Of a DNA stretch of 64,000 nucleotides, positions 39,675 to 49,766 are shown one piece after another (position 1 is the first letter of the stretch; every line of letters starts with the position of its first letter). Origin of the DNA: Candidatus Latescibacterota bacterium (lineage in GTDB: Bacteria; Latescibacterota; UBA2968; UBA8231); NCBI GenBank assembly GCA_965215195.1, contig CBDCDC010000002.1:3552001-3616000 (forward strand), in the 5' to 3' direction. The notes beneath the pieces are model-generated. The model was not told where the DNA came from, did no database searches, and saw only the letters and a program-made list of their open reading frames with translations. A program made the position numbers and the translations under genes.

Positions 39675-40356
39675 TGTTGCTTCTCCTTTCATCTGTAGAA
39701 AGATGACTATTGTTACTGCGTTGATTCTGAAATGCGGGCTTTTCCCTTGAACACCTCCTTTCAGCGCACCATTTGCTCAGCGAGCGAGAGCAAACAGGAA
39801 CTGGTGATTTTGTGCAAAAATGGCTCTAAGCGCTTCTTTATTAGCCACTGTGAATAAGTAACTTACGGTCTTTATGGATGAGTGACCGGCGTTCGTCTCT
39901 CTGCATTGAATCACACAGTTAGGAAGTTGTAAAAGCAATTTGGCGTTAAATATGGGGAATTATGCCCGAAAATCCAAAGAAAATTTCCAGCATGTTAATG
40001 CCCCAAGCAAGATAGACATCGCCCGTGTACGCGCCACCCATAACGGCAAAGACGTCGTGATCGAGGTTGCCGAAGGAATCGTCCCTTGCGGCGGGCCAAT
40101 TCCTGCTCCAGTTCGGCGATTCGCGTCGTCTGTTGTTCCACGATCTGCTCGAACTGGACAATGCGCTTTCGGAAATCGCAATCTCAGCAGGTCTTTTCAC
40201 GAGGGTTTGCCCGTATCCGGAGAATTGCAACACACAACCGGACCCGAAGACCGGATAGTACTAGCTTTAGGAATCTCTGATTTAGTATCCTGAAAAGGCT
40301 TTCCTACTTGGCGATTACCTTACTACTATAAAGGAAGACAAGCGGAGGTAATAGCG

Positions 40357-40575
40357 ATGGATCAGCTCAGTTTTTCCGATGCCGCCTACCCCCACAAAAA
40401 GAAGACCATTCGCAAAGAACGCTTCCTTTCGGAGATAGACGACCTGTTGCCGTGGAAACTCTTACTCAAGCTCATTGTGCGAAAGTATCCAAAACCGGGT
40501 CAAGGGGCCGGCCGGTTCCCCCCGAGGTGGTGTTACGCATCTATTTCATGCAACAGTGGTATGGCCTCAGCGTCA
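40357..40575 (+). pseudogene. IS5-family transposase N-terminal fragment
   Basis: MDQLSFSD...KKKTIRKERFLSEIDDLLPW...YPK; after a frameshift, PEVVLRIYFMQQWYGLS. Confidence 0.8.
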
Positions 40576-40669
40576 GCAGAAGGCCCAATCCGACGGGGTA
40601 GAGTGGCGCGTTCTTCGCAAGATCGCTCCTTTAATAACCCCTCCAAACCGCTAAAAATTTCACTTGGGT

Positions 40670-40814
40670 AGAAGCTGTTTCAAAACTAGCGTCGGGTCGC
40701 ATCAAGGATCGTCAAGTGCCTTCGCATGGAGCGTTTTTCATAGGGCGAGACGCTTTTGAGCCGACGCTTTTTCTTTACACAAGGAACCGAATCCGGAGTT
40801 TTGGGACCACTTCT
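40670..40814. mobile_element. Short IR-bounded non-coding element (MITE-like)
   Basis: Imperfect IRs AGAAGCTGTTTCAAAACT and AGTTTTGGGACCACTTCT, with TAG at both ends. Confidence 0.5.
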
Positions 40815-40834
40815 AGTTCTTTCGCAAGGCGTAG

Positions 40835-42313
40835 ATGATGCAGACAAAAACGGGACAAACTATTAAACGGCCTGGAAAAACCATCATTTTCATTAAAATC
40901 CTTTTGGTTCTCATCCCGTTTCTACCGCTTATAGGACTAGAAATCTATTTGCGGCATACTCATTACGGCCTTGATGATAGGCTATTTATCCCCATGCGTG
41001 ATCCTCAGTATGGCCTTGAGGATAGGTCATACATCCCTCAAAGATCCTCTTTTACTTATCAACTTAACCAGGAGTTGTACCGAAAATATTATTCAATTAA
41101 TAATCCAATGCTTAAACATCTAATTCCCAAGATAAGTATGAAACAGCGAAAGTCCGAAAAGGATTTTCGCATATTTTGTCTTGGGGGATCAACGACAAGA
41201 GGGCCGTTTCCCATGCTACTTCACGAATTATTAAAACGATCCAAAGTGGATAAAACGGTAGAAGTGGTTAACTTGGGCATAGATACCTTTAATAGTTATC
41301 AGATTCTCGACATTACGAAAAAACTTCCTCAGTATGATCCAGATCTTTTGGTTATTTATATGGGACATAACGAAATTTATGGACCAGTTGGCGTAGCATC
41401 GAATGTGGCATTGGGCACGTCTCGCGAAGTAATCAATCTGATTTTACAATTACGCGAGATTAAGATATTTCAGCTAGCAAACAGCTTTTACTCAAAATTA
41501 AGAGCACCGTCTAGTCAATTTGAAAGGAAAAGATCGCCATATAAAATGATGGTGAACAGTTCTCTTGCCCCTCATCATCCTCTACGGGAGCAAGCCATTG
41601 AGAATTTCAGGGGAAATCTCCATGAAATTATCTCTATTGCAAAGCGTCATCAAATCCCTGTGATTTTAGGGACGATCGTTTCCAATCTCCGAGATTGGCA
41701 CCCATTTGATTCACAACCACCGCCATATTCTCTCGATGTTACCCAATGGCAACAGTTATTAAAGAATGGTAAGGCTGCATTTGAACAAAATCATCTGGAA
41801 GAGGCGGAGCGTATCTACCAGACAGCAATTGAACTTTTCCCAGATCATGCCCAAACTCATTTTGATCTGGGTCATGTTTACCTTGCCCAAGGACATCAAG
41901 ATAAAGCTAAACGAGCCTTCACAAGAGCAAGAGACTTGGATATTTTACCGATCAGAGCCCCATCAGAGGTAAACGAAACTATAAAAAGTGTTGCCAAGGA
42001 AACAGACATCATATTAGCAGACCTTGAAACCGCATTCCAAGATTACGATCCCAAGAGTGTGATTGGCAAACCTATCATTGTTGAACACCTGCATCCTTCA
42101 AATGAAGGATATTATTTAATCGCAAGCCACCTAACCCACATCATTCTTAAAGAAGGGTTTTTGACCGCGAGTAAAAGATTGGATTTTGATGATCCATCCT
42201 TAAAAAGGGAACTGGATATAGGGGAACTAGATAAAGGTGACCTTATTCGACTCAGACATATGTTGAAGATATGGCCATTTAATATCAACAATGAAGGTTA
42301 TCATTATCCTTGA
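40835..42313 (+). CDS. SGNH/GDSL-like protein with TPR insert, AT-rich
   Basis: IFCLGGSTT, YMGHNE, EHLHP, TPR pair, N-terminal TM; visibly low GC. Confidence 0.8.
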   Translation: MMQTKTGQTIKRPGKTIIFIKILLVLIPFLPLIGLEIYLRHTHYGLDDRLFIPMRDPQYGLEDRSYIPQRSSFTYQLNQELYRKYYSINNPMLKHLIPKISMKQRKSEKDFRIFCLGGSTTRGPFPMLLHELLKRSKVDKTVEVVNLGIDTFNSYQILDITKKLPQYDPDLLVIYMGHNEIYGPVGVASNVALGTSREVINLILQLREIKIFQLANSFYSKLRAPSSQFERKRSPYKMMVNSSLAPHHPLREQAIENFRGNLHEIISIAKRHQIPVILGTIVSNLRDWHPFDSQPPPYSLDVTQWQQLLKNGKAAFEQNHLEEAERIYQTAIELFPDHAQTHFDLGHVYLAQGHQDKAKRAFTRARDLDILPIRAPSEVNETIKSVAKETDIILADLETAFQDYDPKSVIGKPIIVEHLHPSNEGYYLIASHLTHIILKEGFLTASKRLDFDDPSLKRELDIGELDKGDLIRLRHMLKIWPFNINNEGYHYP

Positions 42314-42337
42314 ACTTAAAAGAAAAACTCCGATAGA

Positions 42338-42368
42338 GCTGTCTCCCACATCGGGATGGCTTTTTTTA
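42338..42368 (+). terminator. Putative intrinsic terminator
   Basis: AGCTGTCTC...GGGATGGCT hairpin followed by a T run. Confidence 0.55.
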
Positions 42369-42570
42369 AGGCATCACCGGCCTCTTGCTCCCTTCTTGCA
42401 AGAGATTCTCTTTACCTTCATCAGTTTGCTCGTCCTTTCGGCATAGACGACCGTCCCCGGCTGTAGGACCACTGTCGGGCACGAGTACCGCATTGCATCG
42501 CCACAGAAGATCTGCATCTCCGCTGATTCAGCGCCTGCGGCATCATGTTGGGGCATTAGATTGCCCTTTC

Positions 42571-44025
42571 TCAGACAGGCAGCGGCGTGAACTGTAGGCT
42601 GTACAGGTCGGCGTCGCTGAGGGCGAAGCGCAGGCTCACCGGTCTGCCGGCTAGGCCGCTGATGTCGGCGGTGCCCTTCCAAGTGACCGTATGTTCTAGA
42701 TAGTCGCCGTAGATCTCGTCGCAGTCGCTTAGGGTGTGTCCCTTCAACGCCTTGCCGTCGCAGTCCTGGATCTCGACGCGCACGGAGCCGGCGGCGGAGG
42801 TGCTTGTGTTCAGGCTCAGGGCACCGCCAGCGAAGGTGAAGGGCCGCGTGATCAGCTCGCCTCCCTTCAGCGGCGCATTGGCGGCCACAAAGCCGTCCAC
42901 GCGCAGCGTGAAGCGCCGCAGCCGGGAGGCCTCGCCGCGGTAGTATCCCTCGCTGATGAAAATCGACAACTCCTTCGGTGCCGTGGGAAGATCGTTAGCC
43001 GTCTCCAGAATGCCCCAGGCGATCATGTTGTTGCGGGTTTCCCAGCGCTCCGGCTGTAGGCCGGGCCGCACGAAGGCCTCGCCCCAGCGCTTGAAGTGCA
43101 GGCCGTCGCGGCTGATCATGTACACGCCATCCGATACACCGCCGGCCCGATTGCCGGATATGCGGCGATCCGGCGACAGGCGCTTTGGGAAGCCCATGTA
43201 GATGTGCGGGGCCCGGTGGTAGGGCGTCACCGCGTTCGTGTAGAGGTGCTCGAGGGGCGCGTCTCCGAAGTCGAGCAATTGCGGCTTCGTCCACTGGCGG
43301 AAGTCCGTTGAGGTGCAGGTCATGATCTGGCGGAAGCGCACACCGTCGGGGTAGATGGAGTCGCGGTGGTACTCGACGTAGCAGCCGCGCTGCGGGTCGT
43401 AGAAGGCGAGGTTCTGCGAGTCGAAGACATTGGTGCCCACGGTGTGATCCATCACCGGCTTCTCCGACAGCAGACTCCAATGCACGCCGTCCGCCGACTT
43501 GAAGGCATAGAGGGCCTGCTCCTCATGCGTGTTTGCGGACGGGCTGCCGAGGGCCTTGTACTGCTCGCCCTCGCGGCAGTCCGGGTTGCGGTCGCGGAAG
43601 GGCGTGAAGTTGAGCGAGCCGGGGCCGTCCCAGATGATGTTGTTGCGCGTCGAGCCCTTATAGTTCACTAGGCCCAGCTCCGGGCGGTACCACTCGATAC
43701 CGTCACGGCTCTCGGCGTAGCACACGACCGGCCTGTAATCACCGGACGGGTCGTAGTGGGAGCCGCGGTAGTAGGCCCGGAACAACTTGCCGTCTTGGAA
43801 CACCGTGTGGTAGCCGCTGGTGTTTCCCTCCCACGGCGCGTCGTGGTCGATAGCCACGTTCCGCGGCACCGGCTTTTGCAGGCGCAGCTCGACGCCGCGC
43901 AGCCGCTCGATCAGGTAGTCGTCGACGAACAGTTCGCGCCTGTCGCCCAGCTCGATGACGCCCGCCGGGGCACCGCTGGCGGTCTTTCTCTTCGTCGTCG
44001 GCTTCGCTCTCTTGTTCTTGGCCAT
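42571..44025 (-). CDS. Hypothetical beta-propeller glycoside-hydrolase-like protein
   Basis: RELFVDDYLIE, repeated S.DG..W boxes, FDSQN, LRVDGFV...ADLYSLQF; start MAKNKR at 44025. Confidence 0.7.
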   Translation of the reverse strand: MAKNKRAKPTTKRKTASGAPAGVIELGDRRELFVDDYLIERLRGVELRLQKPVPRNVAIDHDAPWEGNTSGYHTVFQDGKLFRAYYRGSHYDPSGDYRPVVCYAESRDGIEWYRPELGLVNYKGSTRNNIIWDGPGSLNFTPFRDRNPDCREGEQYKALGSPSANTHEEQALYAFKSADGVHWSLLSEKPVMDHTVGTNVFDSQNLAFYDPQRGCYVEYHRDSIYPDGVRFRQIMTCTSTDFRQWTKPQLLDFGDAPLEHLYTNAVTPYHRAPHIYMGFPKRLSPDRRISGNRAGGVSDGVYMISRDGLHFKRWGEAFVRPGLQPERWETRNNMIAWGILETANDLPTAPKELSIFISEGYYRGEASRLRRFTLRVDGFVAANAPLKGGELITRPFTFAGGALSLNTSTSAAGSVRVEIQDCDGKALKGHTLSDCDEIYGDYLEHTVTWKGTADISGLAGRPVSLRFALSDADLYSLQFTPLPV

Positions 44026-44109
44026 CTCCGGTTCCCTTTCTGTACTACGGGCTATCTGCGCCAGTGTCAACCATAGCTCAATATCCCCACGGGCAATGCC
44101 CCGTCGCCC

Positions 44110-44450
44110 TGCGCTGCCATGAAAAGAACAGGGGGTTGAGGTTGATGCCGCCGTGCCCGTAAGCCATGACCAAGGTGACGTAGGAGGAACCCGCCAAGCT
44201 GACCAAGATGGCGAGGACAATCGCCGGGAACAGCCGACGCTTCTGGCCGCGGATCATCTCATTCATCTTCAGCCCGTTGGCGACCGAGGCCATCACGAAG
44301 GAGCGGACCTCGGCGTACCAGCCGTAGGAGAAGCCGAGCGCCACTAGGCCTTGGGTGCCGATGGAGGAGGTGCCGACCGCGGAGATCACGAAGGTTGAGG
44401 TCATTAGGGGAGGACGCATGGCCGGGATGCCGCCCTCGGCGACCACCCCC
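44110..44450 (-). pseudogene. Internal fragment of a polytopic membrane protein (DUF6785-like)
   Basis: VVAEGGIP...AYGHGGINL segment with no plausible N- or C-terminus. Confidence 0.55.
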
Positions 44451-44466
44451 TGCGGAGGTGCTGTCG

Positions 44467-45525
44467 TCATTGAGACCAAGCCTGAGGGTCTAGCCCGAGG
44501 CTTTGAGCGGCCTCGACGATGTGGCCCCAAGTCGTGTCGTCGATGGGAATACCCTCTTCTTGACGCCGGCGTCCCGTGCGGTATTCGGGGTCGCCGGGCA
44601 GCAGTATCTCGCCGATGTGCGGATCGACGCGGCTGGTGGACACATGGCGGATTAGGCTTTCAAGTTCGTCGAAGTAGTAGGACATTTCGACGAAGTGCTC
44701 AATGTTGTAAACCGTCAGGTGCAGCCCGTTGCTCTGCATGACGGTCTCGCCGTTGGCACAGCCCTGACCGCTGAGGGCTCCGCCTAGGATCTCTACTACC
44801 ATACTCAGGCAGTATCCCTTATAGGCCACCGGGCCGCCGAAAGGCAGGATCGCACCGGGCGGATCGCCGACAAATGCCTGCGGATCAGTAGAGGGGTTGC
44901 CATCGTGGTCGATGATTCGGCCCTCGGGTAGCTGTTCTCCGCGGTTATGGGCGACGCGGACCTTGCCCTCGGCGCAGACCGAGGTGGTCATATCGACCAA
45001 GAGCGGATCGGCGTTGCGCCGAGGCGCAGCGCAGGATATGGGGTTGGTGCTGAGCTTGCCGTCGATCCCACCGTAGGGAGCAATTTGGCGTCCGAGATGC
45101 CCGGCGTTGCAAAAGGCTAGACCAATCATGCCTTGACGGGCGGCCTGTAGCGGATAAGCCCCCACCCGGCCAACGTGCCCGCAGTTGCGCAGGGTGGCGG
45201 TAGCAACCCCGTGCTGAGCGGCCTTGTCGATGGCTAACTGGGTGGCGAAGGTCCCGCCGATCTGGCCCATGGTCCCGCCGCCATCGACGACCACCGTGCA
45301 GGGTCTTTCGCTGACAATAGAAGGCTGGCCCTTGGGATCAAAGATGCCGTCTTGGATCTGTTGGATGTATTCGTAGAGACGCAGGCTGCCGTGCGAGTCG
45401 TGCCCGTAGAGAGAGGACTCGACTAGGTGATCGGTCACGGCGCGGGCGCTTGCGGAAGGGCAGCCGGCCGTCTCGAAAAGCTGGTAGCCGATCTGGCGCA
45501 GGTCGTCGGGTTTGATGTGCGGCAT
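44467..45525 (-). CDS. Ldh_2-family (type 2 malate/L-lactate dehydrogenase-like) oxidoreductase
   Basis: GHDSHG, HVGRVG.Y, STNPI, DMTTS..AEGKV, YKGY.L; ATG coupled to the upstream TAA (TAATG). Confidence 0.9.
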   Translation of the reverse strand: MPHIKPDDLRQIGYQLFETAGCPSASARAVTDHLVESSLYGHDSHGSLRLYEYIQQIQDGIFDPKGQPSIVSERPCTVVVDGGGTMGQIGGTFATQLAIDKAAQHGVATATLRNCGHVGRVGAYPLQAARQGMIGLAFCNAGHLGRQIAPYGGIDGKLSTNPISCAAPRRNADPLLVDMTTSVCAEGKVRVAHNRGEQLPEGRIIDHDGNPSTDPQAFVGDPPGAILPFGGPVAYKGYCLSMVVEILGGALSGQGCANGETVMQSNGLHLTVYNIEHFVEMSYYFDELESLIRHVSTSRVDPHIGEILLPGDPEYRTGRRRQEEGIPIDDTTWGHIVEAAQSLGLDPQAWSQ

Positions 45526-46340
45526 TAGTTGGTGGCTTCCTCGAGGACGCGCTCGATTTCCCGTTCCCAAGCCCCAGTGACTTGTACGCCGTGTTCGGCT
45601 TTGCCACCAGTGGCTTCCGGCCCCACCAAGATGGGCTGGCCGCGTCTTGCGCCGATGAGGTTGGCGCGATCGACGCAGGCGGTGTGCAGGAAGTGGAAGG
45701 CGAGCCCGGCGCGCTCGCGATGGGTAGTGTTTGCCTTGGTAGCGTGGGCAGTGCCGTAGCAGAAGAAGACGACGCCACCGGCCTTTAGCTCAATGGGCAC
45801 GGCGCGTTCTTCGGGCACTTGGCAGTGGATGTGGTGATCGGAGTAGGGATCGCGGTCGTGTGGGTATTCCTCCTTAAAGGAGTCATGCACGACGTGGATG
45901 GTACCATTTTCGATGGTTGCGTCGTGAACGGCAACCCACATGGCAGTGCCCTTTAATGGGTCGTCTATTTTGAAATAGGCGTTGTCTTGGTGCCAATCCG
46001 TGCCAATGCCGTGCCCGGCCGGCTTGAGAAACATCTGGTCTAGGTGTAGGATGAAGGGAGTGCCGATGAGTTGTGAGACAGCGACGGTGATTTTTTCGTC
46101 AAAGGGCAGGGCGCGAATGAGGTCGCTTTTGTCGTACAGAGGAATCAGTTGCAAGTTGACCTTGACGGTGGAAGGGGTCTTACCGTCGCCCTCGGTGGCG
46201 ACATTGCGGACCAAGCCCTCGCGTTTGAAGCGCTCGACTTCGGCTTGCATGGCTCGGACTTCGCGGGAGTCAAAAAAATCGGGAACCGCAGTGTAGCCGT
46301 GGTCTTTGAAGTGGGTTACTTGGGCGTGGGAAAGAGACAC
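45525..46340 (-). CDS. Phytanoyl-CoA dioxygenase (PhyH) family Fe(II)/2OG enzyme
   Basis: WHQDNAY, WVAVHDATIENG, TAHATKAN...R. Confidence 0.9.
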   Translation of the reverse strand: MSLSHAQVTHFKDHGYTAVPDFFDSREVRAMQAEVERFKREGLVRNVATEGDGKTPSTVKVNLQLIPLYDKSDLIRALPFDEKITVAVSQLIGTPFILHLDQMFLKPAGHGIGTDWHQDNAYFKIDDPLKGTAMWVAVHDATIENGTIHVVHDSFKEEYPHDRDPYSDHHIHCQVPEERAVPIELKAGGVVFFCYGTAHATKANTTHRERAGLAFHFLHTACVDRANLIGARRGQPILVGPEATGGKAEHGVQVTGAWEREIERVLEEATN

Positions 46341-46373
46341 GGGTGGCTCCTTGCCTTGTGCAGGGTGGCAGGA

Positions 46374-47789
46374 CTACGTTGTGCGCTGAGATGCTCGCGC
46401 CAACTCGCATAAGAGCGCGGCCGAAGTGCGGATGCCGCAGTGAAAATCGCGCGTGGAAAAGCGCTCGTTGGGGCCGTGCCAATTGTCGGTGATTTGCCCT
46501 AGACCGATGAGCAGGACTGGTGCCCCTGTCGCGGCGGCAAAATCGACGACGATGGGGATGGCGCCGCCCTCGCGGGTAAACACCGGCTCGACCCCGAATC
46601 CCTTGCGCATGGCCTCGAGTGCCGGCTCGACTAGTGGGTGATCTAGGTCCAAGCAGTAGGCCGGTGAGCAATGCTGGTTTTTGAACTCGACGCGGGTGCC
46701 TGCGGGCAGCCGAGCGCGGATGTGCCCTTCGAGGGCGGCTTGGATGCGTGCGGGATTCTGGTCGGGCACTAATCGGCAGGAGACGGCAGCTCGGGCTACA
46801 GCCGGAACGACGGTGCGTGGACTGCCGCCGCTGAGGAGGTTGATGTCGAGCGTGGGACGAGTCCAGCGCCTTTCGAGGACGGAGTACTCCTGCTCTCCCG
46901 CCAGTGAGGTCACGCCCAAGGTGCGGCAATAGGCATCCTCGTCAACCGTGAGGGCGGCGTAGAGGCTTTTTTCGCGGGCCGAAAGCGGCTGCACCCCCTC
47001 GTAGAAACCGGGCACAGCAATGTGCCCTTCGGCGTTGATGAGGCCGGCCAAGGCGTTGACGAGAAGTTGATTGGGGTTGTGAACAATGCCGCCGAAAAGG
47101 CCGGAATGCACGTCCTGCACCGGCCCAAAAACCTCGACCTCGGTATAGACAATGCCGCGCAAACCCAAAGTCAGGGAGGGCTGGTCCGGCCCGTACATGC
47201 TGGTATCGGAAATCACCGTACAGAGCACCGGGGCAAATTCGTCAAGCCCGTCCTCGGCCACAAACTGGCTCAACGCAGCGCTGCCGCACTCCTCCTCGCC
47301 TTCGATCAGGAAGACCAAATCGAACGGAAGCTGATTTCCACTGGCGAGAACGGCTTCGGCTGCCTTCAGATGTGCAAAGCAGGGTCCCTTATTGTCGCTG
47401 GCTCCCCGGGCGATGAGAAAGCCGCCCCGCTCCTCGCCAGCAAAGGGATCCACCTCCCAAGCCGAGCGCGGGTTATCTACTCCTTGCACGTCGTAATGGC
47501 CATAGATCAAGACGGTGGAGCGGTCCGGCGAGAACGCGGGACTGCGGGCGAGGACTAGGGGGTTGGTAGCGGCCCTCACTTGGATCTTCTCGACCCCAAA
47601 CCCCATTTGCTTGAATTGGCCGACGAGGAAATCGGCCGCTTGAGCAAGGCCGTCGCCTGTGTCGCCATCGGCACCAGCACTGACGCTGGGGATGCGGACA
47701 AAGGCTTTCAGTTGTTCGATATAGGCCCGCTGCTGCTCGTCGATGCACAGCAGAGCGTTTTCCAAGGCTATGCCTTCCTCTCGCATCAC
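46374..47789 (-). CDS. M20-family dipeptidase/deacylase
   Basis: YGHYDVQ, RGASDNKG, EGEEECGS, DVHSG, HGPNE. Confidence 0.92.
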   Translation of the reverse strand: MMREEGIALENALLCIDEQQRAYIEQLKAFVRIPSVSAGADGDTGDGLAQAADFLVGQFKQMGFGVEKIQVRAATNPLVLARSPAFSPDRSTVLIYGHYDVQGVDNPRSAWEVDPFAGEERGGFLIARGASDNKGPCFAHLKAAEAVLASGNQLPFDLVFLIEGEEECGSAALSQFVAEDGLDEFAPVLCTVISDTSMYGPDQPSLTLGLRGIVYTEVEVFGPVQDVHSGLFGGIVHNPNQLLVNALAGLINAEGHIAVPGFYEGVQPLSAREKSLYAALTVDEDAYCRTLGVTSLAGEQEYSVLERRWTRPTLDINLLSGGSPRTVVPAVARAAVSCRLVPDQNPARIQAALEGHIRARLPAGTRVEFKNQHCSPAYCLDLDHPLVEPALEAMRKGFGVEPVFTREGGAIPIVVDFAAATGAPVLLIGLGQITDNWHGPNERFSTRDFHCGIRTSAALLCELARASQRTT

Positions 47790-47975
47790 TCCTCTGTTCT
47801 TTGATCGTCCTCCCCGCCCTTCAGCCTAGCCCGCCATCGCGCATCTCGGCCAGTGGTAGTGCTCTTGCTGAGGTTGGATTTATTCATTAGGTTGTTGCAA
47901 CGCAAAAGTTGAAAATTGAGAATCAAATCCGACTTGCCCGCCTCGTACGCTTCCCGCGACTGTGCAATATACGTT

Positions 47976-47993
47976 TTTACAGCGGGCTGTAAA
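47976..47993. promoter_or_regulatory. Perfect palindrome, possible operator upstream of gap
   Basis: TTTACAGC-GG-GCTGTAAA in a divergent intergenic region, near an extended -10 TGGTACTAT. Confidence 0.4.
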
Positions 47994-48061
47994 GTTCCGT
48001 TCATCCGTTTGGTACTATATCCCTTTGGATAGCCGCATAGCCCGCAGAGATGCGCGGTTGA

Positions 48062-49114
<1,053 letters not shown>

Positions 49115-49165
49115 CTCAATACGAGGCCCTGCGCCGCCTTAGGCGGAGGCAGAAAGGCGAAACGC

Positions 49166-49711
49166 ATGTTTGAGGAAGTCTGGAGAGCCTACGAAGAAAA
49201 CGAACTAAGCCACAGCGCTGCGCATCACCTGATGGCCATCCACGAGTTGCGCGAGATGCACGGCTACGCCCGCGTCTCGGATATCGCCAAGCACCTGAGC
49301 ATCACCAAAGGCAGCGTCTCGACGGCAATGAAGCACCTCAAGGAGCGCGGCTATGTGCAAGAGGACCTCAACCGCTTCCTCAAACTTACCGAACAGGGTT
49401 TGAAAGTGGTGCAGGAGGTTGAGGCCACGCGCTTGGTTGTGCAGCGGTTCCTCAGAGACGCCCTCGGCATGGACGAGGACGACGCCATGATCGACGCCTG
49501 CAAGGTTGAGCACCTCATCAGCAATGAGGCGCGGGCGCGGCTAGTTTGCTTTTTGCGCATGTTGTTTTCGGAAAAACCTTCGGCCAATGAGTTTCTCCAC
49601 ATGTTCCGCGAAGGTGCCCAAGAGTGCCGCGATGGCGATGTGGAATCGTGCAACCTCTGTGAGGACATCTGTTACGGCTACCCCATAGTTGCTATAGCAG
49701 AGAGCGAGTAA
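49166..49711 (+). CDS. DtxR/MntR-family metal-dependent regulator with Cys-rich tail
   Basis: ARVSDIAKHLSITKGSVS HTH, DACKVEHLIS, tail CRDGDVESCNLCEDIC. Confidence 0.88.
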   Translation: MFEEVWRAYEENELSHSAAHHLMAIHELREMHGYARVSDIAKHLSITKGSVSTAMKHLKERGYVQEDLNRFLKLTEQGLKVVQEVEATRLVVQRFLRDALGMDEDDAMIDACKVEHLISNEARARLVCFLRMLFSEKPSANEFLHMFREGAQECRDGDVESCNLCEDICYGYPIVAIAESE

Positions 49712-49738
49712 GGGTCAGATCGCAAAACTGCACAGATC

Positions 49739-49766
49739 GGGTCGGACATCGTCCGGCCCTTTTTTT
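49739..49766 (+). terminator. Intrinsic terminator after gap and the regulator
   Basis: GGGTCGGAC-ATC-GTCCGGCCC followed by T7. Confidence 0.75.

Noticed and set aside
40085-40200. Minus-strand coiled-coil fragment (QIVEQQTTRIAELEQELARRK) resembling an IS66 transposase N-terminus
   Set aside because: Too short and degenerate to call without a search.
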